Source: Candidatus Heimdallarchaeota archaeon (GTDB lineage: Archaea; Asgardarchaeota; Heimdallarchaeia; Heimdallarchaeales; Heimdallarchaeaceae). From it: a DNA stretch of 64,000 nt. The DNA lies in assembly GCA_018238545.1 (NCBI GenBank), contig JABCTC010000011.1, positions 1-64,000 of the forward strand. The letters are read 5' to 3'. The translations under genes and the position numbers were made by a program. This document shows positions 29,950-39,649 of the stretch, in pieces (the first letter of the stretch is position 1; each line of letters starts with the position of its first letter). A model generated the notes under the pieces. That model searched no databases, was not told where the DNA came from, and saw nothing but the letters and a program-made list of their open reading frames with translations.

Positions 29950-30588
29950 TTATTCATCATTAAATTGATATCCACTTTTCTTCCAGGTTTTGTACATAGT
30001 AGGGTTTTTCTTCAGAAATTCATCCCTTTCTTTCTTTGGCACTCGATTTAAAATACATGAGAAGTTCACGCAATCCTTGCAAACATACAGTTGAATAAAA
30101 ATATACCATAGTGTTATACCGAATATTGTTATGCCTAGAAAAATCCACAATTGCCCTATTGTCAGAAATACCATTGGAATCAAGAAGATAAGATTTGCAC
30201 CCACAAGAAACTGTGCATTCTCGAATTTACTCATAGGACCTGGTTTAAATTTAGATGTTTTCAAAAATCCATAATTGATTGAGCAATGCAATGTTTTGCT
30301 CTTACCTTCAGCATAATACGGACAATGAGAACACAGTATTTGAGGTTCCCATACAAGGAAGAAAAACATGATATAACCCACCCAAGAGAGTATAGATATG
30401 AGATTCAAAGGAAATCCTAAAAGTATCAAACCTACAAATGCAGGTATAAATGCAATTGAAAAAGGTATACCAAATATTATCTAATATTTAATATTCATAT
30501 GGCAATGTAATCTACCTTTCAATCCACAATCAGAACAATTTTCTTTACTCTCCCAAATGCAAATGTCGTGAGGATTTTTGATTGTCAC
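29950..30588 (-). pseudogene. Cys-rich membrane protein interrupted by an in-frame TAG at 30481-30483
   Basis: GTG 30588 reads VTIKNPHDICIWESKENCSDCGLKGRLHCHMNIKY*IIFGIPFSIAFIPAFVG in frame with the tracked ORF 29950-30429 (CSHCPYY, CKDCVNFSC). Confidence 0.7.
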
Positions 30589-30680
30589 GATAATGAAATA
30601 CTGTCTGAATTTTTAAGTATTTGTTAAAATTATTTAGAAACATATTTATTAGCTGATAGGGGTATATTACATGTTTACAG

Positions 30681-31715
30681 ATGAATAGATATTATCTAAA
30701 ACGCCTTCTCTCAGCAGTTTTTATAATTGCTATCATCGTAGGGGGAGTTTTTATTTCGTATGATATTGTTGGAAATACTTTTAGGTTTTATTATTTCCTT
30801 TTCTATGTTGTAGGATGCATTATAATTATCCCCACTCTTTTGAGAATTTATTGGTACATTAAGTTAAAGAGAGAAACTCGTAAACCTTCTAAATTAACTG
30901 AAGTCTATATCGATCATGCTAAGGAACTAGTTACAGATAAGGAAAAGATACTTACAAAAATCGTATCCACTATTAGAGAACTTGGTGGAGAGATTATAGA
31001 AAAATATCTTGATCAAGTTCCTAGAGTAATTTTTTATTTCCCAAATGAACATAAATACAATTTTTTTCATAGAACAACAGTAAAGGTTCTTTCAGTTAAT
31101 GAACTAGTTATAGATACGATGATGAAAGCAGATTATCCTTTGGCTTTCAGTATTAAGCGGAAAAGAGGAATGAAGAGTGATACTGGTGATGATGTTGATT
31201 TACCTAGTTCCAGTGAATTCTACATCTTTCATTCAAATCATCACTCATTCTATGAGACTCTACTTGAAAAAGAAGAAATTAACAAAATGCTAATCGACAT
31301 GAAAGAAGATTTGAAGCAATTTACACTGAATCGTAAATTTGCAGAAGCACGTATCAGAAACAGTGAAAAGGTATCAACATACCTTGAACTTCTTGCTAAG
31401 TTGTATGAAGAGCTTCTACTAAAGGACTTCGATGATTTGGAAGTTGAAGAGATTCTTTGTTATCAGTGTGATAGTGTTTTTGAAGCTAATGAGGAGACTT
31501 GTAATCAATGTGATGCTCATAGACCAACATGTAAAGTCTGTTTACTTGACTTAAAACCTTCGGAAAAGAATATTGTTGTTAAAACACCTTGTTGTGAAAC
31601 ATACGCACATAAAAAACATCTCATAACATGGTTGGAGCTGAACAGTAAGTGTCCTAATTGTAAAACTGACTTATTCTTATGGTTAAGAGGTTTAAAGCAA
31701 AATAATCAAGGATAG
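30681..31715 (+). CDS. Two-TM membrane protein with C-terminal zinc ribbon + RING finger (putative E3)
   Basis: CYQC..CNQC, then CKVC..PCC...AHKKHL..W..CPNC. Confidence 0.8.
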   Translation: MNRYYLKRLLSAVFIIAIIVGGVFISYDIVGNTFRFYYFLFYVVGCIIIIPTLLRIYWYIKLKRETRKPSKLTEVYIDHAKELVTDKEKILTKIVSTIRELGGEIIEKYLDQVPRVIFYFPNEHKYNFFHRTTVKVLSVNELVIDTMMKADYPLAFSIKRKRGMKSDTGDDVDLPSSSEFYIFHSNHHSFYETLLEKEEINKMLIDMKEDLKQFTLNRKFAEARIRNSEKVSTYLELLAKLYEELLLKDFDDLEVEEILCYQCDSVFEANEETCNQCDAHRPTCKVCLLDLKPSEKNIVVKTPCCETYAHKKHLITWLELNSKCPNCKTDLFLWLRGLKQNNQG

Positions 31716-31768
31716 CAGAATTTTCGATTACTTTCTACATCCATAAAAGAAAAAGAGGAAATAAGATT

Positions 31769-32785
31769 TTAATTAGCAGCTTTCTTACTGGTAGATTTCT
31801 TCTTATCACCATACTTGATTTTTTCGTAATTAGCTTCTAATATACGAGTGAACTCTTCTGCTAAGTGGAGTAAAACCTTAGGGTCAAGAACTGTTAGACT
31901 TATCAAGTATCTTCTATTCAGCCTATCTCGTTCATATATCATCCAATCTACTTCATCATCGATATAGTCCTTGAAATCTTCACCAGTTTCCATAATTGCT
32001 GCTACAGCATGAGAGTGACGATCATCTGAGTGAGTAGCCCACTTCACAGGATATACGTAATGAGTTTCTTTGACTTTTTTTCCATACAGAAACAAATGAG
32101 ATATCCCATCTTTCTCTGTTTCAAAGCGCTCTACTTTAATATTAAGAACTTCCTCTTCACGTAGTTTGTCTGTAGGTATAACTGCTGTTGTTTTGTTAGG
32201 TTGAAGGATCGTTACAAAACTTGTAGAGATACCTGTTACAACACCTTCAATATTCATATCATTAATAATCAGATAATCACCAACATTGTGGTGTTTACTT
32301 AGTACAAGATGTAATCCCGAGAATATTTGCCCTAAGGACCTTGATGCAGCTAAGCCAAAAGCAGCACCCACTGTTGCCGCAACTCCTATGACTGCACCTA
32401 CGAAATTTTCAAATTTGGTCATATAAGCGATACCGAAAAATAGAATTACTACAAATCTGATTAAAACGCGTATTGTATTCTCTATATCATCAGTTATTCT
32501 TTCTTTGAAAGTTCTAAGAATTATTTCAACAATCCAGACGATAAGGAAAGCGATTAAAGTATAAATGAAGAATGAATCAACAAATTGAATCAACATTTCT
32601 TGGTAATTCAATGATTCTTCAACTCCAGCATCGTAAAAATTGTCATCATACCATTTTTGTATAAAATTAGTTTCTGTAAAACGACTAATGAAGTAAAATG
32701 TGACTATTACAATGAAAATAACTATTAGCAATATATATAAAATGTGTTTTTTCTTAAATTTTGATTTAGTTTTATTTGTATTCAT
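31769..32785 (-). CDS. MscS-family mechanosensitive channel
   Basis: TM helices, GAAFGLA..LGQIFSG, VGDYL, EGVV..I, IP motifs. Confidence 0.8.
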   Translation of the reverse strand: MNTNKTKSKFKKKHILYILLIVIFIVIVTFYFISRFTETNFIQKWYDDNFYDAGVEESLNYQEMLIQFVDSFFIYTLIAFLIVWIVEIILRTFKERITDDIENTIRVLIRFVVILFFGIAYMTKFENFVGAVIGVAATVGAAFGLAASRSLGQIFSGLHLVLSKHHNVGDYLIINDMNIEGVVTGISTSFVTILQPNKTTAVIPTDKLREEEVLNIKVERFETEKDGISHLFLYGKKVKETHYVYPVKWATHSDDRHSHAVAAIMETGEDFKDYIDDEVDWMIYERDRLNRRYLISLTVLDPKVLLHLAEEFTRILEANYEKIKYGDKKKSTSKKAAN

Positions 32786-32863
32786 AATACCACAATATGC
32801 TTTTTGAGTTATATAAGAGAGGTTAAAAATAAAACTATCGCTTGGGAGTTGGTAAGAAGAGTG

Positions 32864-33763
32864 TTAATTTCTCTTCTCAAACCATGGGATAAATGAGGAT
32901 ACTCTTGATTTATAGTCATTATATCCCGGATATTTCTTCTTCAGTCTGTTCTCCATCAACGGGATACTTATTGCCAAGAATAATATTGTCATGCATATAG
33001 GTCCTATTACCACCCATAGAGTAGATACACCATTTGCTATTGCAAAGAAAAACATACCCCACCAGAAACTAACTTCTCCAAAGTAGTTGGGGTGTCTTGT
33101 AACTGACCAAACTCCTTTTGTCATAAATTCATCTTTTTGCTTTGTCTTGACGAAGTTTCTGAGTTGTTCATCAGCTACTGTTTCTAATATTGTTGCGCCC
33201 AAAGCTACTATTATCCCAATTATATCAAAAACTGTAAAAGTTGCGCTTGTTGAAATTATGCTATAATAAATAGGAATACAACCCAAGAATACTATCAATG
33301 TAGGCATCATTTGTAATCCTGTGAAATTTATGAACCAGAACAAACTAGGTTTCTCTTCTCTAAATTTAGCATATCGCCAATCTTCATGATTTAAACCTTT
33401 CCAACCTCTAACCCAGTTAAAAGTTAACCTTCCACCCCAAATGATTACAAGTGCTAATATCACTATCTGTCTGATTGTTATTGTTGGGAAATTATCAGCT
33501 GTTATTAACCAATACAATATGATGGGTATTGGAATAAAACTCCAGTAGGGATCGTAAAGGCTAGTATTCTTAAAGAAGACACTAATGCTGAATATTATCA
33601 TGGTTGCTATTACATCAACAATAAAAGCTGTCAGAATTGGATGGAGCAGAGGATGTAATACAATTCCGATACCTATAGCAGCTCCAATTGCTAAAGTATA
33701 GGATATAAAGCATAATAATAGAGATATTAACTTGTTATCCTTGTAAGTTTTATTTTCACTCAA
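32864..33763 (-). CDS. DUF1295 / steroid 5-alpha-reductase-like membrane protein
   Basis: YDPYWS, WGGRL, EDWRY, ETVADEQL, RHPNYFGE. Confidence 0.88.
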   Translation of the reverse strand: MSENKTYKDNKLISLLLCFISYTLAIGAAIGIGIVLHPLLHPILTAFIVDVIATMIIFSISVFFKNTSLYDPYWSFIPIPIILYWLITADNFPTITIRQIVILALVIIWGGRLTFNWVRGWKGLNHEDWRYAKFREEKPSLFWFINFTGLQMMPTLIVFLGCIPIYYSIISTSATFTVFDIIGIIVALGATILETVADEQLRNFVKTKQKDEFMTKGVWSVTRHPNYFGEVSFWWGMFFFAIANGVSTLWVVIGPICMTILFLAISIPLMENRLKKKYPGYNDYKSRVSSFIPWFEKRN

Positions 33764-34050
33764 AGTAAATTCACCATTTATTTAGGACTTTGGAATTTCA
33801 AGGTTTTACATAAACCTTACCTCATACAATTCAAAATAGTTGACTAGAAATGCACGTTAAAAAGAAAGAACCATCTATAGATTAATGCACGTATACAGCT
33901 GATATGGTAGAGAAACTACAAGATATCTATAAAGGGATTGAAGAAAAGTAGAACTTTGTTTATCTAATCAACATTTTACAGCAATTCTTAATACCTATTG
34001 GAGCATGATATTAACTGAAGCTGTTTAGAACAAGATTTCCAGGTGTCAGA

Positions 34051-34197
34051 ATGAAATGCCAGAAATGTGGTAAGTTTTTAGTCAAAATAGGAGAAAATAA
34101 ACAATACTGTAAAGTTTGTAATCTACTCTACTATTTTCTAGTACCTGGCATGTTCCCTAGGATTTTCAAAATGAGTGAAAATTCTGTGAAAAGTTAA
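34051..34197 (+). CDS. Small zinc-ribbon protein (48 aa, not in ORF track)
   Basis: MKCQKCGKFLVKIGENKQYCKVCNLLYY..; AGGTG SD-like upstream. Confidence 0.6.
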   Translation: MKCQKCGKFLVKIGENKQYCKVCNLLYYFLVPGMFPRIFKMSENSVKS

Positions 34198-34287
34198 ATT
34201 TAGCAAATAATAGCTTCAATTTTTTAGTGTTTATTCACTAAATGTAAGACGCTGTTTTTACTTTGGTTTAAATACAAATCTTACCAT

Positions 34288-34680
34288 ATGATAGCAGGAG
34301 AGAATTTATTGCCGGGAAAAATAACTCATGTAGTAATAGGTGAAATTATTGGTTTATCGTTGGTAGGATTAGCATATTACTTCTTTACTTCAGAGATTAA
34401 TTACTTCACATTAGCACTGATTTTGGCTTCCTCACTTGTATGTATATTTCTAGGAGCGATATTGCCAGATCTAATCGAGCGCCCAACTAATCCAGATCAC
34501 AGAAAATTCTTTCATTCTTGGTTCATCTTTGCAGTAACTTTTATCGTATCTTTTGTTATGGCATTTGTTGTTATTCCGCTCTATGACCACCTTTTTTATG
34601 TATATCCCATTTTTGGTTTTTGTCTAGGATACTTCAGTCACTTATTATTGGATTCTACAACAAAGAGAAGTTTGACATGA
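34288..34680 (+). CDS. YdjM-like membrane metal-dependent hydrolase
   Basis: TH..LPDL..HRKFFHS..SHLLLD. Confidence 0.8.
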   Translation: MIAGENLLPGKITHVVIGEIIGLSLVGLAYYFFTSEINYFTLALILASSLVCIFLGAILPDLIERPTNPDHRKFFHSWFIFAVTFIVSFVMAFVVIPLYDHLFYVYPIFGFCLGYFSHLLLDSTTKRSLT

Positions 34681-34755
34681 TCAACACAAATCTGAAAATC
34701 GATTTTTTTGTGTGGTTTTAATAGTATATGGTTCACAAATTATCAGTGATAATTC

Positions 34756-35043
34756 TTGGTTAAGATAATTCTACTTTTCGAATCAACTTGTTCTAAATGT
34801 GGAGCCAAAGCTAGATACTATTGTTCTAATTGTGGTAAACCACTCTGTGGGCGATGCTTAAGTAGAGAGAAGAAAGAATTAGTTTCAAATATTATTATTC
34901 CAGCTGGTTTATGTAGTATGTGCGTAGAAGTAAGAATTGATAATTATAAGAGAGGTGAGATGAATCCTCTTTCTGAAGCTGTCACTATTTACGTCACTGA
35001 TCCTATTTTTAAAGAAAAAATCGTTAATAACTCAGATTTATGA
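34756..35043 (+). CDS. Zinc-finger protein (B-box/HIT-like)
   Basis: CSKC..CSNC..CGRC..CSMC. Confidence 0.65.
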   Translation: MVKIILLFESTCSKCGAKARYYCSNCGKPLCGRCLSREKKELVSNIIIPAGLCSMCVEVRIDNYKRGEMNPLSEAVTIYVTDPIFKEKIVNNSDL

Positions 35044-35087
35044 GTAAAGCATTTATTTGGGGAGATTAAGGTAGATTTGGTTTTCAT

Positions 35088-36464
35088 ATGACTGAATCTT
35101 CACTGAATAAAGAAATACAGAAGAAAATACTTACTGATCCACTGATGTGGAAGTTTCGGTTATATGGATTCTTTAAGAATCTGAGGTTTTTTGAACCGTA
35201 TCTTATTGTGATGCTCCTCATATATTTAGGTGATTCTGATTTTCCATTACTAACTATCGGAACTCTTTTCCTAGTTCAAGAGGTATTTACTTATCTTTTT
35301 GAGATCCCTTCAGGAATTCTTGCAGACAAGTTTGGAAGAAAGAATGAACTGTTATTATGTTTTCTTTTCTATGTCTCATCATTTGTGTTATACTTCATTG
35401 GTTTCAGTTTATCGTTTGATTTCTTCTTTGTCTTGTTTATTGCAGCAGCTCTATACGGTTTGGGAGAATCGTTTCGCTCCGGAACTCATAAAGCCATGAT
35501 CTTGACTTGGATGGACAAAAATAACTTTAGTGAACATAAAACGTTTGTTTATGGAAGAACTCGCTCATGGTCATTAATAGGTTCGACAGTTAATGGTATA
35601 ACATCAATTTTCCTAGTTCTCTTTTTACCAAATGCACAATGGGTGTTTTTAGTGGCCATTATTCCATATATTTGTGATTTTGTCCTTATTGCAACCTATC
35701 CAAAATACATGAATGAGCATAAACCAAGAAAGACAACTTTTTGGAAAGAGATGGGGAAAGGGTTTAAGGACATATTTGTAGCATTTAAAGATAGAAGATT
35801 AAGGAAAGGAGCATTTTCATCAGCTTCTTACGATGCAATATATAAGAGTCTTAAAGATTACATACAACCTATCATCAAAATCTATATTATAGTCATCTTA
35901 GCTAACTTCGGTCTAGCTAATAACTCTTCCATTTTAACACCAGATAACTTAATAATAATCATTTTAGGAAGCATGTATTCACTTTTTTATCTACTTTCGT
36001 CTTTTTCTTCAAGATATGCATACATTGTTAGAAACTGGTTCAAGAGCGTAAAGAATTCTATGGACATCTTATTCTATTTATTTGCAGGTGTTCTTATTTT
36101 AAATGCGATTTTCATATCCGTTCGTTTACCTATTGTTGTGGTTTTTCTTTATCTTCTAATATACATCTTTCAAAACGTAAGAAGACCGTTTTGTGTTGAT
36201 TATCTAGGAGGTATAATGAAAAAAGAGGAAAGAGCCACTGTTCTTAGTGCAGAATCCCAGATTAAATCGATATTAGTTTTTGTATTTGCACCGTTGTTTG
36301 GTTTTATTGCAGATTTTGCAGGTCCATTAGTTGGATTAGATTCTTATTACTCCATTCCTATTTTATTTGTTCTAATTGCTATTGTAATGGTTGTAGTAAA
36401 CCTTTTTCTACTAAGTGGAGATACTAAAATAATAGAGGAACAAAAAGTAGGAAATAGCAAGTGA
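35088..36464 (+). CDS. MFS transporter
   Basis: About 12 TM; EIPSGILADKFGRK, SGTHKA, RATVLS. Confidence 0.9.
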   Translation: MTESSLNKEIQKKILTDPLMWKFRLYGFFKNLRFFEPYLIVMLLIYLGDSDFPLLTIGTLFLVQEVFTYLFEIPSGILADKFGRKNELLLCFLFYVSSFVLYFIGFSLSFDFFFVLFIAAALYGLGESFRSGTHKAMILTWMDKNNFSEHKTFVYGRTRSWSLIGSTVNGITSIFLVLFLPNAQWVFLVAIIPYICDFVLIATYPKYMNEHKPRKTTFWKEMGKGFKDIFVAFKDRRLRKGAFSSASYDAIYKSLKDYIQPIIKIYIIVILANFGLANNSSILTPDNLIIIILGSMYSLFYLLSSFSSRYAYIVRNWFKSVKNSMDILFYLFAGVLILNAIFISVRLPIVVVFLYLLIYIFQNVRRPFCVDYLGGIMKKEERATVLSAESQIKSILVFVFAPLFGFIADFAGPLVGLDSYYSIPILFVLIAIVMVVVNLFLLSGDTKIIEEQKVGNSK

Positions 36465-36580
36465 ACAATTTTCTAAAATGTATGTCCTTATGACTCTAAT
36501 CCAAATTTTGAAAGAAGTATATATTTAATAATAACTCTACACAAGCTAAAGGTGAAGTCAAAACTGACCCAACATTTCAC

Positions 36581-37108
36581 ATGGTGAATAACTTGAATGA
36601 AACATTAATTGTTTATGGAACTAGATATGGCGCAACTCCAGAAGTATGTGCCGAAATCCAAAAAATATTAGAAAAAGAGTATAAAATAGTAGTAGAGATA
36701 TGGAATCTTAAGGATTACAGAGCCTGTCCAGATTTGGAAGAGTTTGATAATATTATCTTAGCAAGCGGTATCGAACATGGGAAATGGACAGAAAATACAA
36801 GAAAATTCCTTACAAAAGATTTGAGAGACAAAAATGTTGCTGTTTTTATTTCTTCTAGTTTTGCGGGAGAAAAAGAGCTTTATGATTATGCTTACAAAAA
36901 TTTCTTAGAAGATGTTCTTGCAGAATATCCTGAAGTGAATATTGTGACCAAGGCAGCTTTTGGTGGTAGAGTTCCAAAGAAAGAATTACCAAATATCGCA
37001 AAAAATGCAATCGTTGCCCGATTGCCAGAATTTCAAGAAGACAATAGAAATTGGGATAAAATCACAGAATGGGCTCATGAAGTAGGAAAAATATTTGCTA
37101 ATAAATAG
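36581..37108 (+). CDS. Flavodoxin-domain protein (HemG/Flavodoxin_5-like)
   Basis: LIVYGTRYGAT, FGG, DNRNWDKI..WA. Confidence 0.85.
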   Translation: MVNNLNETLIVYGTRYGATPEVCAEIQKILEKEYKIVVEIWNLKDYRACPDLEEFDNIILASGIEHGKWTENTRKFLTKDLRDKNVAVFISSSFAGEKELYDYAYKNFLEDVLAEYPEVNIVTKAAFGGRVPKKELPNIAKNAIVARLPEFQEDNRNWDKITEWAHEVGKIFANK

Positions 37109-37242
37109 ATTTTCTCGTAAAATCTTGATTTATTTAATAGATCTGTAACATGACCACTTTTCAAATAATCCCATAAAATATAACATACTTTTTGTACATT
37201 TTTTTGGGTGTTTAAATAGGGTAGTGTAGTTTGTACGTTGAA

Positions 37243-37365
37243 GGATTGTAGCTATGCACCACTTTCTTGGTGATCCTTGGGGTTACATCCAACAAACAAA
37301 CATCCAAAAGCGAACCGTAAGCAACTTTGTAAGATGTGGGCGGTGTAGGAGGGGATGTGACAGCC
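37243..37365 (+). ncRNA. Candidate structured RNA with hairpin-hinge-hairpin-ACA (H/ACA-like) layout
   Basis: TTTAAATA box at 37211-37218; stems GGA(T)TGTAGC/GTTACATCC, CACCA/TGGTG, ACATCC/GGATGT, ACCG/CGGT; AAACAA hinge; ACA at 37360-37362; GC-richer than flanks. Confidence 0.4.
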
Positions 37366-37459
37366 CCATGATGTGTCTTAGGCACTTCTAAAGAGTTTGT
37401 ACAAAATTCATGTCATATCTATCCTAGTTTTTAAAAAGTGATTGTGAAATATAATAATA

Positions 37460-38854
37460 ATGAAATTTCTACAAAAAACTGCAAACAAGGTAATTTTTTA
37501 TGGTATAATCGGAGTAGTCCTTATTTCCTCAACAGCACTATTAGTTTATTTTGGAATTGATCAAACACCTCCAACTGTTGAATTTAGTTCGCCTCTTAGT
37601 CTAGATATTGTTTCGGGAACATACAATATTGAATATACAATGGCAGATACAGGTGGATACACAGCGAAAATTAAAACAATCGAGTTATATATCGATGAAT
37701 CTCTTGTTTCAAATAATGTAAGCTATGCTTGGGACACAACTGAATATGATGATGGATATCATACATTATATGTAAAAGTCGCAGACGGAGCAGGGAATAT
37801 TGCAGAAGATACGATTGTAATTACAGTTGATAATTTTCTTGATTCAGCACCCACAGATTTGTTCAAAATTCTCAATTATAACGTCTATGAAAGTGGTGTA
37901 AATCCAGAATGGAAGGATGTTGTCAAAGCTGAAAATCCAGATATTGCTGTATTCGTAGAAACAGGGGATTGGGACAATAGTGAAAATAAACAGTTAGATG
38001 CCTATGTAAATGAATTCAACGGCTACTTCTATGATGAAGCCCCATATATTGGATATACAACACAAGGAATAAAATGGAACACCCAAGGGGAGGCTATTCT
38101 AAGCCGCTATCCTGTTCTAGAGGTTTATCAAGCCGAAATTCTCCATGCCGATGATGATTCAACTGTAGATTTAACACACGCTCTACTCCATGTTGTTGTT
38201 GACATAGAAGGAAATGAAGTGCACATTATTGCAATTCATTTAAAAGCTGGTCAAACACTAGGGGAAAGAAATACACGGGATAGAGAACAAGAAGCTATTA
38301 TTAATTATATGGATGAAAACGTTGGAGATGCGCCCCTAATCTACATTGGAGATTTAAATTGCAATTCACCAGAGGACATTGGTGCACTTGAAGGTGATAA
38401 ACATGATGAATTTGGTATAGGACCAGTAACTATGATCCTTTATCCTGATGACCCAATTTATGGCAATTATTCTTCAGAATATCACAACTTCACTGATGTT
38501 TTCAGAACTTTAAATCCATCAGATCCCGGATTCTCCTTACACATACCATCTTTAACAACTAGGATTGATTATATTTTTGTAAACCAACATTTTACAAATG
38601 CTTTCATTAATTCTGGAATAAAAAGTAACACAGAATTTGATGATATAGGTTCTGATCATTATACTGTAGATGCATTAATATCGATAGAAAACATAACAAT
38701 GCTATCAATTTCACCCAAGTATTTCGCAGTAACTGAAAATACAGAGGAGTGTTTCAACAGTTTTTCACCTTTGAGTAAATTATCAATGACTGAAAAATTT
38801 GCACAACAGCTTGTGAGTGTTTTTACTCCAAACTTATTAAAAAAGAAATTATGA
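37460..38854 (+). CDS. Membrane-anchored extracellular endonuclease/exonuclease/phosphatase (EEP) with Ig-like domain
   Basis: N-terminal TM, DQTPPTV..WDT..DG.H Ig-like module, YNV, LSRYP, HLKA, GDLN, RIDYIF, SDH. Confidence 0.85.
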   Translation: MKFLQKTANKVIFYGIIGVVLISSTALLVYFGIDQTPPTVEFSSPLSLDIVSGTYNIEYTMADTGGYTAKIKTIELYIDESLVSNNVSYAWDTTEYDDGYHTLYVKVADGAGNIAEDTIVITVDNFLDSAPTDLFKILNYNVYESGVNPEWKDVVKAENPDIAVFVETGDWDNSENKQLDAYVNEFNGYFYDEAPYIGYTTQGIKWNTQGEAILSRYPVLEVYQAEILHADDDSTVDLTHALLHVVVDIEGNEVHIIAIHLKAGQTLGERNTRDREQEAIINYMDENVGDAPLIYIGDLNCNSPEDIGALEGDKHDEFGIGPVTMILYPDDPIYGNYSSEYHNFTDVFRTLNPSDPGFSLHIPSLTTRIDYIFVNQHFTNAFINSGIKSNTEFDDIGSDHYTVDALISIENITMLSISPKYFAVTENTEECFNSFSPLSKLSMTEKFAQQLVSVFTPNLLKKKL

Positions 38855-38953
38855 GAGCCCTTTTTCTTTCCTTTTTCTTTGTACAGCACTTGTAAGGGCT
38901 AAATTTGCATAACATCTATATACTTGTTTGCGCTTCTATTGTTGGGGATATAT

Positions 38954-39604
38954 ATGTCGTCTGATGATTCACCATCTGACATATCGAATACAATTGTATA
39001 TTGTGCAGTGTTAATTAGTGATACGATGGTAAGAATGGCAGACCTTGTTACGCTAACCTTGCTTTATCACCCGGGGATGGAAGAAAGAGTCGAAATGATG
39101 GAATCACTGTATGAAAATATAGTAAATTTCATTGATGATATCACAACAACAATTTATGCGCCCATGGATCGATATGAATTATCTATCAATCAGTATGACC
39201 CTATTTTTTCTAATCTAAAAAATGTTTCAAAGATGATGGTTGACCTTATTTCACAGCTTTCTCAACAGCATATAGAGATGCAACTTCAAATTCTGGAGTA
39301 TCTTTACAACTTAAACAAATCTATTCTGGGAGCAATAACTGAATTTAGTTACCTTGTTCATGCAAATAATAATGACATTCAAGCTTATGACCGAAAGAGA
39401 ATTACAGATATCGAAATAGTAGGGCATAAAATCTATCGTATGTTATTAAAGGAAATAAGTGAAAATTCTAATGATTGGAAACAAGGGTTTATACAGAACG
39501 TAGTAACTGAGAAAATGAGTTCAATTATCTATTACACTTGTGAGGCAAGTAAGAAGATTTATGCTGCTAAGCTTGCAAATATTGGTATTTCAAAAATTAA
39601 GTAA
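38954..39604 (+). CDS. PhoU/DUF47-like helical protein
   Basis: Helical; TTIYAPMDR and I..IE..G..IYR patterns resemble DUF47. Confidence 0.5.
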   Translation: MSSDDSPSDISNTIVYCAVLISDTMVRMADLVTLTLLYHPGMEERVEMMESLYENIVNFIDDITTTIYAPMDRYELSINQYDPIFSNLKNVSKMMVDLISQLSQQHIEMQLQILEYLYNLNKSILGAITEFSYLVHANNNDIQAYDRKRITDIEIVGHKIYRMLLKEISENSNDWKQGFIQNVVTEKMSSIIYYTCEASKKIYAAKLANIGISKIK

Positions 39605-39649
39605 AAATAAAGTCTTTTTAATATCAATGGTTTTGTAAAACTGAGCTAA

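Noticed and set aside
37309-37345. Minus-strand TACGGTTC resembling group II intron domain V
   Set aside because: No AGC/CGC triad stem, domain VI or intron ORF.
37338-37346. GGGCGGTGT complementary to the conserved 16S rRNA 1400 region (possible C/D guide)
   Set aside because: Only 9 nt, no canonical CUGA/RUGAUGA boxes, and the +5 rule would not point at C1402.
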